Of a stretch of DNA of 64,000 bases, positions 55,401 to 63,802 are shown one piece after another. The stretch is from Thermodesulfobacteriota bacterium. GTDB taxonomy: Bacteria; Desulfobacterota_D; UBA1144; Nemesobacterales; UBA2774. The notes beneath the pieces were generated by a model. That model was not told the origin of the DNA, made no database searches, and worked only from the letters and a program-made list of their open reading frames with translations. The stretch spans positions 1,056,001 to 1,120,000 of the forward strand of contig OY729416.1 of the NCBI GenBank assembly GCA_963422265.1. Reading direction: 5' to 3'. How positions within the stretch are numbered: position 1 is the stretch's first letter; every line of letters starts with the position of its first letter. The position numbers were made by a program, and so were the translations under genes.

Positions 55401-55635
55401 CCTGCTGCCACTTCCACAAGCGTCAGACGAAACCGCTATTCGCGAGATTGAAACGCTCGTTTCAAATCTTATGAAACTGGGTGGTGTTGATTGCCAATCT
55501 GATGATTTAAAACAGGCGGTAGAATATGAACATCAAATCGATATTCTGGTGGGCTCGCTGTATGGAATTACTCCTAGTGAAGTTGAACAAATTCAGCAAT
55601 TATTGCCATCATATAAAACAGTTTATGGAGTATAG
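52459..55635 (+). CDS. Type IIG restriction-modification enzyme (fused REase-m6A MTase-TRD)
   Basis: PFLNGGLF, YYTPREIVHYM, DPAVGSGAF (motif I), GNPPY (motif IV), C-terminal TRD (FLLGVLNSSL). Confidence 0.9.
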   Translation: MNKTSAKDLVKRTLEHSFDKGRFAYLVKNILNHVDEDSFTYQGNLIFDDFDDSIAKVERTSKYTDPQDRLLDILVVHLKKETSLERARTMQRNFVAKYLNGSRGGVLKDAALVAFVAPNGEDWRFSFVKMEYRLDEKGKVKEEFTPARRYSFLVGKNEHSHTAQSNLLPLLLNDEAKPTLAYIEQAFSVERVTKEFFEKYRELYLHLKEALDEIVEKDPKIEADFEGKSVDTVDFAKKLMGQIVFLYFLQKKGWFGVARGKEWGEGNKQFLRHLFPRAQEEDKNYFNRFLEPLFYEALRLERPKDYYDQFECRIPFLNGGLFDPINDYDWQDTDIEIPNEIFSNNELTKEGDTGSGILDVFDRYNFTVKEDEPLEKEVAVDPEMLGKVFENLLDIKDRKSKGTYYTPREIVHYMCQESLINALHVNLDGIIPINDLEALIKHGDAFIEHEETRIEKIANRKAKDADYKGSYKRRRLPASIEEYAELIDDELASMRVCDPAVGSGAFIVGMMNEIIRARRTLASYIDVNKEDASYRFKRHAIQHCLYGVDIDPGAVEIAKLRLWLSLVVDEEDRGKIKPLPNLDYKIIQGNSLLSVEKDLFNQELFNQLEKLKPLYFNQTNPKDKQKYKNQIDELISHITKGHKEFDFEVYFSEVFHDEKEGFDVVIGNPPYVVTKDNQLRELYKEGIYGRMNTYGLFIQRGLQLARNLGQLCFITPRTLLTDRYFSNLRKAIKRKSELKGIVLIADRYNTFESVLQECIIPHLVRKQTPSLQYAVNARTISVPTDLNDPQAAFSVGSDRVLLGNEFDGTFYIGNSEFDYQVFERINEMGVKLSAFGLKAETGKIQFDKCREYAQPDNSNDACRLIWAENIQRYICRESRHRVGKEWLSKAIRSAVRPNITGLGIVIQRITANEQPRRIIATLVTPEYFSSENVYSENHTNFIQISGRVNSAFLLGVLNSSLTEFVFRRLNSNTQVSAGELNLLPLPQASDETAIREIETLVSNLMKLGGVDCQSDDLKQAVEYEHQIDILVGSLYGITPSEVEQIQQLLPSYKTVYGV

Positions 55636-55636
55636 A

Positions 55637-55738
55637 GCGGACACCACCGCTCTGAAAGCCGATATAGACAAGCTGGTCTACACGCTGCTGTACCGGTTGA
55701 CGGCAGGGGAAATTGACATTGTGGAGAGGAAAAGATGA
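55637..55738 (+). pseudogene. Orphan C-terminal tail of a Type IIG enzyme
   Basis: ADTTALKADIDKLVYTLLYRLTAGEIDIVE, out of frame just after the IIG stop. Confidence 0.75.
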
Positions 55739-57920
55739 GCACGTCTGAACGGCAAGACACAACCGCCAGAATCCTGGCATTGATTAAGGAAATCACAGCA
55801 AAGTCCTCCGATGGAAACTACATCTACCGCGGTGAACCAGAATGCTACCCTAAAGTATCCTCGACGCTTCACCGCCAATTCGAAGACGTGGATGCGGAGC
55901 ACTTTAATCTGGAGGAAGTCCAGAAGGAGATACTGGAACAGGCCAAGAAATACACATCCGCAACTGATGAGGTGGAAATCCTGACACAACTCCAGCACCA
56001 TGGCGGCAAAACCAACCTTATCGACTTTACAAACGACTGCCACATAGCCCTCTTTTTCGCCTGCGACGGTTCCTATGACAAAGATGGCAGGGTTATCCTG
56101 CTGAAGAAACAAGCAACGGAACAAGGTCATATCAGACAGCCCCGGAACCCTGCCAACCGCGTCATCGCTCAGAAGAGCATCTTTGTGCATCCACCGAAAG
56201 GCTTTATTAGCCCCGATGGTGATCCCATCATCATCCCGAAAGACCTCAAAAAACACATACTGGACCATCTGCAAAGATACAACGGCATATCCACGGAAAC
56301 CATCTACAACGACCTGTACGGCTTTATCAAAAATCAGGGAATCCACCAAAGTGCCTACACGGAGTTTTACAGAGCTTTGACTTATTGGACAAAGGGAGTT
56401 GAATCGGCAGACAAGAAAAAACAACGGGAATTCTATAACAAAGCCATTGAACATTACGCTGAAGCCTTGAGATTGAACCCGAATCTCGCCCCAGCCTACT
56501 GTAACCGAGGAGTCGCCAAGGAAAAACTTGAACGACACGAAGAAGCCATTGAAGACTATAACAAAGCTATTAGAATCTATCCTGAATATGCGGCAGCATA
56601 TTCCAATCGCGGGATTGCCAAAGACAAACAAGGCAAATACGGAGAAGCCATTGAGGACTTCGACAAAGCTATTAGTATCAATCCTAAATATGCAGAGGCA
56701 TATCTCAATCGCGGGACTGCTAAAGATAACCTAGGCAAACACAAAGAAGCCATTGAAGACTTCGACAAAGCCATTAGCATCAATCCTGAATATGCGGCAG
56801 CATATTCCAATCGCGGGCTTGCCAAGCTAAATTTAGGCAAATACGAAGGAGCCATTGAGGACTTCGACAAAGCCATTAGTATCAATCCTAAATATGCGGC
56901 AGCATATTCCAATCGCGGGCTTGCTAAAGGAGAACTAGGCAAATACGAGAAAGCCATAAGAGACTTTGACGAAGCCATCAGCATAAATCCTAAATATGCG
57001 AAGGCATATCTCAATCGCGGGATTGCCAAAGACAAACAAGTCAAACACGAAGAAGCCATAAAAGACTTTAACGAAGCCATCAGCATAAATCCTAAATATG
57101 CGAAGGCATATCTCAATCGCGGGATTGCCAAAGACAAACAAGTCAAACACGAAGAAGCCATAAAAGACTTCGACAAAGCCATCAGCATAAATCCTGACTT
57201 TGCAAACGCATATCTCAATCGCGGGATTGCCAAAGACAAACAAGTCAAACACGAAGAAGCCATTGAAGACTTCGACAAAGCCATCAGCATAAATCCTGAC
57301 TTTGCAAACGCATATCTCAATCGCGGGATTGCCAAAGACAAACAAGGCAAATACGAAGAAGCCATTGAAGACTATAACAAAGCCATCAGCATAAATCCTG
57401 ATTTTGCAGACGCATATTACGCTCGCGGGAATGTCAAAGACAAACAAGGCAAACACGAAGAAGCCATTGAAGACTTCGACAAAGCCAACAGCATAAATCC
57501 TGATTTTGCAGACGCATATTACGCTCGCGGGAATGTCAAAGACAAACAAGGCAAACACGAAGAAGCCATTGAAGACTTCGACAAAGCCAACAAGATAAGA
57601 CTAAATATGCAAACGCATATCTCAATCGCGGGAATGCCAAAGACAAACAAGGCAAATACGAAGAAGCCATAAAAGACTTCGACAAAGCCATCAGCATAAA
57701 TCCTGACTTTGTTGCAGACGCATATTGCAATCGCGGAGAGGCTTGGCTGCACTTGCAAGTATGGGAAAAAGCCAAATCAGACCTGACCAATGCCAAGAAA
57801 AAGGGAGTAGATATAATCGCTTCGTTTCATAACGACTATAAGAGCATTGAAGACTTCGAGCGGAAGAATGACGTTGAGCTTCCGGAAGACATCAAAGCCC
57901 TGCTGATACGAAAGTCGTAA
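55735..57920 (+). CDS. FRG-domain protein with a long TPR array (1-nt frameshift near 57600)
   Basis: IYRGE, QHHGGKTNLIDFT, ALFFAC, RVIAQKSIF (FRG); 34-aa TPRs; after the shift the frame continues ...GEAWLHLQVWEKAK...IIASFHNDY...LPEDIKALL to TAA 57918-57920. Confidence 0.85.
56488..57710 (+). repeat. Tandem array of 12 x 102-bp TPR-coding repeats
   Basis: Exact 102-nt period (56488, 56590, ...); neighbouring units nearly identical in DNA. Confidence 0.92.
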
Positions 57921-58410
57921 TGAGTTTTTATAAGCTGAGCTTTTACAATTAATATGCAAAACCTTCTTCCCCCACCTCCCCTATTAACTGTATAACAAAC
58001 CAACGTCTGTGGATTATCGGTCTTAGTTTTTAGTACCCCAAGCTGTGGTTAGTGAGTTCACCAAACCGTTCAGCTCTCCCGCCCTTTTGAAAACCTTACA
58101 AACTTATACTTTTTAGCGATTTTCTGGCTATCTAAAAGATGGTTTGACACGGCTTTAAGTGCTTTTAAGAACAGAAACCCTAATGATTGCAGGGTCTTGC
58201 AAAAGATTTTTGCCCGTAAAGTTTTTAATAACTTTTACGAATAACTTTCACGGATAACTCTCAGATTAAACAACTTTCAAAACGCTATTTAAGCCTTTAT
58301 TTATAGGGGTTTAATGGACGTTTAATGAGATGAATAAGTGTCATATTATACCAACTTGTGCAGTAAAGTTTTTTTAAGTTCGCTTCTTAAATTTGATTTC
58401 TTTAATCCTG

Positions 58411-58448
58411 TATCAAATCCCCCTTAATCCCCCTTTTCTAAAGGGGGA
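58411..58448. repeat. REP-like hairpin related to the core of the 3881/4272 repeats
   Basis: TATCAAATCCCCCTTAATCCCCCTTTTCTAAAGGGGGA versus TATCAAATCCCCCTATATCCTCCTTTTTCAAAGGGGGA. Confidence 0.7.
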
Positions 58449-58649
58449 AAAGAAAGGGTAACCACCGATAAATTGCTCGTGTTGTTTTTGGCAATGAGTG
58501 CATATTGGAGTCGTCATTTATTTCCTCCGTTCTTTACGTAACCTTTGGGCTAAGCCGACTGAGCACCCGATCAAACGCGCAAGCCCTGACGTTGTAGTAT
58601 TGGGTTAGGATACCACTTCCTCATTTTCATAAGGACATGCTGTGTATAT

Positions 58650-59178
58650 TGCCACCACCAAAATAATTATGCGATCTGCTCCTCGCCTCAACCAATACTT
58701 TTGGAAACGTTGATATAGGCGATAAAGTGAAGGAAGAGGCTTATGTGTTTTCTCACCCAAGGGGGGATAGCTCATAGTTTATCGGTTCAAAAGTAGAAAT
58801 CAGGCTCAGAGAGAAAATCGAGCAAATCGGCACACCACTGAAAGAATAGGATATTTCCATTTATATAGGAATACTGACCGGCTACAACAAGGCATTTACA
58901 GTAGATAATCAGACCAAAGAAGCACTGGTTGCCAAATACCATCCGTGAACAAGATAGACCAGCTTTTGTAGCTTAAGCGGGCTGATCGGCGTATCTTTCC
59001 CAAATGATAACTTCAATACACTATTGGACGCTTGCAGTGCAGAATACATTCTTGGCTACCTCCTAACCCATTTGTGCATACCCTTATCCCTTTAGCATAA
59101 ATATACTGCATTATCTATCAACTCTATGACTTGACGGATGGGGAAATTAAGATCGTAGAAAGTGCGGCAACCGACTAA
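58650..59178 (+). pseudogene. Decayed Type IIG TRD and C-terminal fragments
   Basis: S*FIGSKVEIRLREKIEQIGTPLKE*DISIYIGILTGYNKAFTVDNQTKEALVA; NKIDQLL*LKRAD; IIYQLYDLTDGEIKIVE. Confidence 0.75.
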
Positions 59179-59276
59179 CAAATCCGCACCAACCCAACTG
59201 AGACTGATACGCTGTGCTATATGTCTTATAATTCGATCCGTAAAAAGATCTTGACTTTGAGAGGACACAGATAACT

Positions 59277-59736
59277 ATGAAAGATAAATTAGAGGTCTTG
59301 ATTAATAAGGGTATTCAATTTCTAAAAGAAAAAACTGGGATCAGGCGATCCGGGCTTGTAAGCAGGGCACTGGCTTTAGATCCGCCTTCCGGCAAAAGGG
59401 TACGCCTATTTGGTCATTTCGCTCAGGCTTAGCAAGTGAAGGACGATTGCCAATTATACGTAGGCTATCAAGATCAACCCACAAGATGCTAATGCCTTTT
59501 ACAACCGCGGACTCACTTAGGGTATGAAAGACAATTACGACAAAGCAATCAAAGACTTCGACCAAGTCATCAGTATCAATCCCAAATATGTAGAAGCGTA
59601 TTACAATCGCGAGAATGCTAAATACACACTAGGCAAATACGAGGAAGCTCGTGCAGATTGGCAACGTACCTTAGAGTTAGCAAATAAACAAGGAAACCAA
59701 GAGTTGGTTCAACTCATCCAGAAAAATTTGATATAG
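59277..59736 (+). pseudogene. Decayed TPR protein
   Basis: Frameshifted TPR motifs (INKGIQFL..WDQAI; AFYNRGL; KAIKDFDQVISINPKYVEAYYNR). Confidence 0.7.
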
Positions 59737-59845
59737 CCTTAATCTTTATAGATTGTCCCTCTCTTCTTAAACTTTTTGTTAAAATGTTCCATTTTATTCA
59801 AAATATTAGTTGAAAAGGCTTAATAACTTCAGCAGGCTTTTTACA

Positions 59846-59919
59846 GATATTGATCTAGAAAACCTCGAAGATGAAGTTGAAAGAATATTTGGTGAGATTT
59901 TTTAGAAGGGAGCTTATGA
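59846..59919 (+). repeat. 74-bp direct repeat, copy 2
   Basis: 70/74 identical to 51918-51991. Confidence 0.9.
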
Positions 59920-59982
59920 AGTTGACATAACAAAAACTTCAGCCAGTCTCATCATGGAGCAACCCAGTGGAGAACGTCAGAT

Positions 59983-60969
59983 ATGAAAACGACCAAATTA
60001 GAAAAATTAATCAACTTTACTAGAAATTATTTTAATACTGATCCATATGACATCTCGGAATGCGAAAAAGAATTGACAAAATCAGTCCCGGGCTGGAGAG
60101 ACACTCTGAAAAACCCTAGAAATTGGGAGCGAATAGAAGAGAATCTACCGCTTCGTCATCCCATAGAGGACTTTGAGAGTTCAGAACTATACCTTTACGA
60201 AGGTTTATGGACAATTTTTGTCAGGGCAGGCGGGCGGGAATTAGCAAAAAGATGGTTTTTTTATTCTTGGGATGTGCCGCGACAAGCTTCAAGGAATTGG
60301 CTGATGGATAACATGGACTCCGATATATGGAATGCCCTTGAAGACAAAATGAAAAAGGCATTAATAACTGAAAATTGTTTCCTACCCATGATTCACTTTT
60401 TGCCTGACGTTTATGGTGATGTGAAATATGATAGATCCAGTTCCTACTTGCTTGAGTTATCACGCAGGTATGAAACAACTTACAAAGTTCGCTCTGTCAT
60501 AAAAGAAGCCGGCGATAAAAAATTTCTGCACTTAATGGATTCACTGAATTTTTTTACTTCGATAAAAGAACTGTATAACCCCAATATGTATGAAAAAAGT
60601 TTTATTGACAGGCTAATAGAAAAAATAAGCAAGAATGGATACGATAAATCATCCGATTTACCATCAATCCTCGTTTCTCTCGAGCCCCCTCCTATATTTA
60701 AAGAGCATCCTGAGCTAGAGGAGAGGGAATGTGAAGATATCGAAATGGAGTATTACGATATCGAAAAGTTTCTAGGCGTTTACAAACCCGTTGAAGAACA
60801 GATCGTTATTTATGCAAGAGGAATTACATGGTGGACAAAAAAATATCCTGATTTTGACTCACAGTGGCTATTCTCTGTCGTGCTGATCCATGAAATTGCA
60901 CATTGGATCACCCATAAACTTCCCCACTCAAAAGTCCCCACTTGGCCGACTGAAGTGGAAAGAAGTTAG
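59983..60969 (+). CDS. Hypothetical protein with HExxH metallopeptidase-like motif; possible C-terminus in another frame to 61120
   Basis: LGVY...IVIY...VLIHEIAHWITH. Confidence 0.55.
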   Translation: MKTTKLEKLINFTRNYFNTDPYDISECEKELTKSVPGWRDTLKNPRNWERIEENLPLRHPIEDFESSELYLYEGLWTIFVRAGGRELAKRWFFYSWDVPRQASRNWLMDNMDSDIWNALEDKMKKALITENCFLPMIHFLPDVYGDVKYDRSSSYLLELSRRYETTYKVRSVIKEAGDKKFLHLMDSLNFFTSIKELYNPNMYEKSFIDRLIEKISKNGYDKSSDLPSILVSLEPPPIFKEHPELEERECEDIEMEYYDIEKFLGVYKPVEEQIVIYARGITWWTKKYPDFDSQWLFSVVLIHEIAHWITHKLPHSKVPTWPTEVERS

Positions 60970-61141
60970 ACATATTGGACTTACACATTTCGAGCCGGGT
61001 AAGGCTTTTGAGCTAGACACAAAGAGAGTAATATGTAAGATAATGAAGCCTCTTGAGAAATTAAGGCGCCTGTCAAAACCAGCTACACTGCAAGATTGGA
61101 AAGATGCAACTGAAAAATAAGCTGACGCATATTACACTCCT

Positions 61142-61343
61142 GAGAGACTAAGAGCAATTCCAAGTAACGTAATTGACTTTGGAGTCATGTCTCCGCCCTA
61201 TAACAAATAGGAAAAGAATAGAGGGATATCTTAATTGTGCAGAAGAGCGACTAAAAAATGCCGAAGATGAATTAAGCATGGTAAAAAAAGAACAAGAACA
61301 TCATCGGGTTTCTGAAACCTTTAGGAAAGCGGGAGGAGAGTAA
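61142..61343 (+). pseudogene. Remnant of a beta-class DNA methyltransferase
   Basis: LRAIPSNVIDFGVMSPPYNK* joined to YLNCAEERL; internal deletion inferred. Confidence 0.6.
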
Positions 61344-61526
61344 CGTAGGGAAGTGGCGCATCTAGCAATACAACAGATGTGAAGATGAAACCTGTATCTT
61401 TAATTCCCTTTACTAACAGAGTAAATATGATAAAGATTCTTGCCAATTTACAAACCGTACTGTTATCAGGGATAACGTCAAAACCATATTATAGTTATCT
61501 CGCTTCAAGAATAACTTAGCTAAGCC

Positions 61527-61555
61527 TTGACTAATGAGCGTGAAGTTGGTAAAGT
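61527..61555 (+). promoter_or_regulatory. Putative sigma70 promoter of rplM-rpsI
   Basis: TTGACT-17 nt-TAAAGT with an extended TG. Confidence 0.55.
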
Positions 61556-61590
61556 GAGTGGCTTATCCAGCAACTTACGCGAGGCGTAAA

Positions 61591-62019
61591 ATGAAGACTT
61601 ACATGGCTACAAGCCAAAGTATTGACAAGAAGTGGTACCTTATTGACGGTAACGGTAAGACCGTAGGAAGAATAGCGACGAAAATCGCCACTATACTAAG
61701 GGGTAAAGACGTCCCGCAGTTCACGCCCCATGCGGGGAGTGGAGGTTTTATCGTAGTAATAAACGCCGAAAAGGTTAGATTCACTGGTAAAAAATGGAGC
61801 CAGAAGACTTACTACTCACACTCTCCATATCCCGGCGGAATTAAGTCAATTACGGCGGAGAATCTGCTAAAGAAAGAACCTGAGAAGATCTTAAAGAACG
61901 CGGTGTGGGGAATGCTTCCCAGGAACAAATGGCAAAAAAAGCTGATTTCCAGATTAAAAGTTTACTCAGGTGCTGAGCATCCTCACGCTCCCCAAAAGCC
62001 TGAAATTTTGGAGGTGTGA
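61591..62019 (+). CDS. rplM: 50S ribosomal protein L13
   Basis: KWYLIDG...GRIAT...LRGK, HSPYPGG, VWGMLP. Confidence 0.97.
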   Translation: MKTYMATSQSIDKKWYLIDGNGKTVGRIATKIATILRGKDVPQFTPHAGSGGFIVVINAEKVRFTGKKWSQKTYYSHSPYPGGIKSITAENLLKKEPEKILKNAVWGMLPRNKWQKKLISRLKVYSGAEHPHAPQKPEILEV

Positions 62020-62026
62020 CTAACAA

Positions 62027-62419
62027 ATGGCTGAGGTGAATTGCTATGGAACGGGGAGGAGGAAAACCTCGATAGCTAGAGTTTGGCTCCGCTCGGGAGA
62101 CGGTAAAATAATAATCAACAAACGCGACGTAGAAGAATATTTCCCTCGTCCATCATGGGTCTCTCATGCTTTAGAACCCCTGGACACAACTCGGACAAGG
62201 GGTAAATACAACGTGTTGATAAATGTAAAAGGCGGCGGGCTATCGGGACAGGCAGGGGCTATTAGACACGGGCTCGCAAGAGCGCTTACGAAAACCGACG
62301 AGTCCCTAAGGCCGCTTGTTAAAGCAGCAGGACAACTTAAAAGAGATCCAAGAATGGTAGAGAGAAAAAAATACGGTCTCAAGAAAGCGAGACGTGGACA
62401 GCAATTCTCAAAGAGGTAA
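62027..62419 (+). CDS. rpsI: 30S ribosomal protein S9
   Basis: [26 protein letters not shown]...QFSKR. Confidence 0.98.
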   Translation: MAEVNCYGTGRRKTSIARVWLRSGDGKIIINKRDVEEYFPRPSWVSHALEPLDTTRTRGKYNVLINVKGGGLSGQAGAIRHGLARALTKTDESLRPLVKAAGQLKRDPRMVERKKYGLKKARRGQQFSKR

Positions 62420-62426
62420 TGCTTGT

Positions 62427-63779
62427 TTGCCTACTTCAACATCTAAAAAGAAACCTAACGAAAAGAGCGTTCGCGCCGCCGATGGCAAGCTCGGGGTCCT
62501 TCTTCCTGGCATGGGAGGTGCCGTCAGCACCACTTTTATTGCCGGCGTCGATGCTATAAGGAAGGGGCTTGGAAAGCCAATCGGTTCCTTAACCCAGATG
62601 GGTTCAATAAGGTTAGGGAAGCGCACGAAGAAAAACTTTCCTTTGATCAAGGACCTATTGCCTCTTAGCAATTTGGAAGACCTTGTTTTCGCCGGATGGG
62701 ATATATTCCCTGACAACTGCTTTGAGGCATCTCTAAAAGCGGGAGTGCTGGATAAGAGCCTGGTAGCAGAGCTAAAGGACTCACTAGAAGAGAAGATACC
62801 TATGCCAGCGGTATTTAACAGGGAATACGTTAAAAACCTAAACGGTAAGAACCTAAAGCGCGGCAAGACTAAGATGGATCTTGCGGAGCAGCTTATAGAC
62901 GACATTAGAAAATTCGAGAAGGAAAGCGGGGCAGACCGCCTTGTGATGGTCTGGTGTGGAAGCACCGAAGTCTATATAGAGGCTTCGGAAGTTCACAAAT
63001 CGATAAAATCGTTTGAAGAAGGGTTAAAACTAAACCACCCGGGCATTGCACCAAGCATGATATACGCCTATGCCGCCATACAGTGCGGCGTCCCTTACGC
63101 AAACGGTGCCCCTAACCTTTCTGCAGATATTCCTGCTTTGACCAAGCTTGCGGAAAAGAATAACGTGCCGATTGCCGGAAAAGATTTTAAGACCGGACAA
63201 ACGCTTATGAAAACTATACTTGCACCTGGTCTCAAGAGCAGGATGCTAGGTCTAAGCGGCTGGTTTTCCACAAACATACTAGGCAACAGAGATGGTGAAG
63301 TTTTGGATGATCCCTATTCGTTCAAAACAAAAGAGGAAAGCAAGCTCAGCGTCTTGGAATACCTATTTCAACCTGAGCTTCATCCGGATCTTTATTCCAA
63401 CTACTACCATAAGGTAAGGATCAATTATTACCCTCCACGGGGCGACGCAAAGGAGGCTTGGGATAATGTGGATATATTCGGATGGCTTAATTACCCTATG
63501 CAGATAAAGGTAAATTTTCTTTGCAGGGACAGCATACTGGCTGCTCCTATCGTCCTTGACCTTGCGCTCTTCCTTGATCTAGCTAAAAGAGCGGGATTTA
63601 GTGGCATTCAGGAATGGCTTTCCTTTTATTTCAAGAGTCCGATGCATGCAGAGGGGCTATACCCTGAGCATGACGTGTTTATTCAACTTATGAAATTGAA
63701 AAACACGCTCCGTTATTTGAAAGGGGAAGACTTAATTACGCATTTAGGACTTGACTACTATTACGACCCTGATAATTAG
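62427..63779 (+). CDS. ino1: Inositol-3-phosphate synthase (MIPS)
   Basis: GKDFKTGQT, NILGNRDG, CRDSILAAPIVLDL, SFYFKSP; TTG start inferred. Confidence 0.92.
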   Translation: MPTSTSKKKPNEKSVRAADGKLGVLLPGMGGAVSTTFIAGVDAIRKGLGKPIGSLTQMGSIRLGKRTKKNFPLIKDLLPLSNLEDLVFAGWDIFPDNCFEASLKAGVLDKSLVAELKDSLEEKIPMPAVFNREYVKNLNGKNLKRGKTKMDLAEQLIDDIRKFEKESGADRLVMVWCGSTEVYIEASEVHKSIKSFEEGLKLNHPGIAPSMIYAYAAIQCGVPYANGAPNLSADIPALTKLAEKNNVPIAGKDFKTGQTLMKTILAPGLKSRMLGLSGWFSTNILGNRDGEVLDDPYSFKTKEESKLSVLEYLFQPELHPDLYSNYYHKVRINYYPPRGDAKEAWDNVDIFGWLNYPMQIKVNFLCRDSILAAPIVLDLALFLDLAKRAGFSGIQEWLSFYFKSPMHAEGLYPEHDVFIQLMKLKNTLRYLKGEDLITHLGLDYYYDPDN

Positions 63780-63802
63780 CAAAGGAAATGCAATAGCGCC
63801 TT

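Noticed and set aside
56488-57710. CRISPR array or DGR template/variable repeat
   Set aside because: The repeats are contiguous in-frame 102-bp coding units without spacers, the differences are not adenine-specific, and no cas or reverse transcriptase gene is in the window
55678-57796. Long minus-strand ORFs (317, 262 and 207 aa)
   Set aside because: Antisense shadows of the repetitive TPR coding sequence
58100-58400. CRISPR leader-like AT-rich sequence
   Set aside because: No adjacent repeat-spacer units
16446-58850. TAG stop-codon reassignment suggested by TAGs at apparent Trp positions in MTase and TRD fragments
   Set aside because: Core genes (ffh, khpA, prfA, murI) end in TAG, RF1 is present, and the affected regions carry other lesions; ordinary TGG-to-TAG decay explains it
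49600-61400. Prophage, ICE or IS element
   Set aside because: No integrase, transposase, tRNA attachment site or phage structural gene recognised
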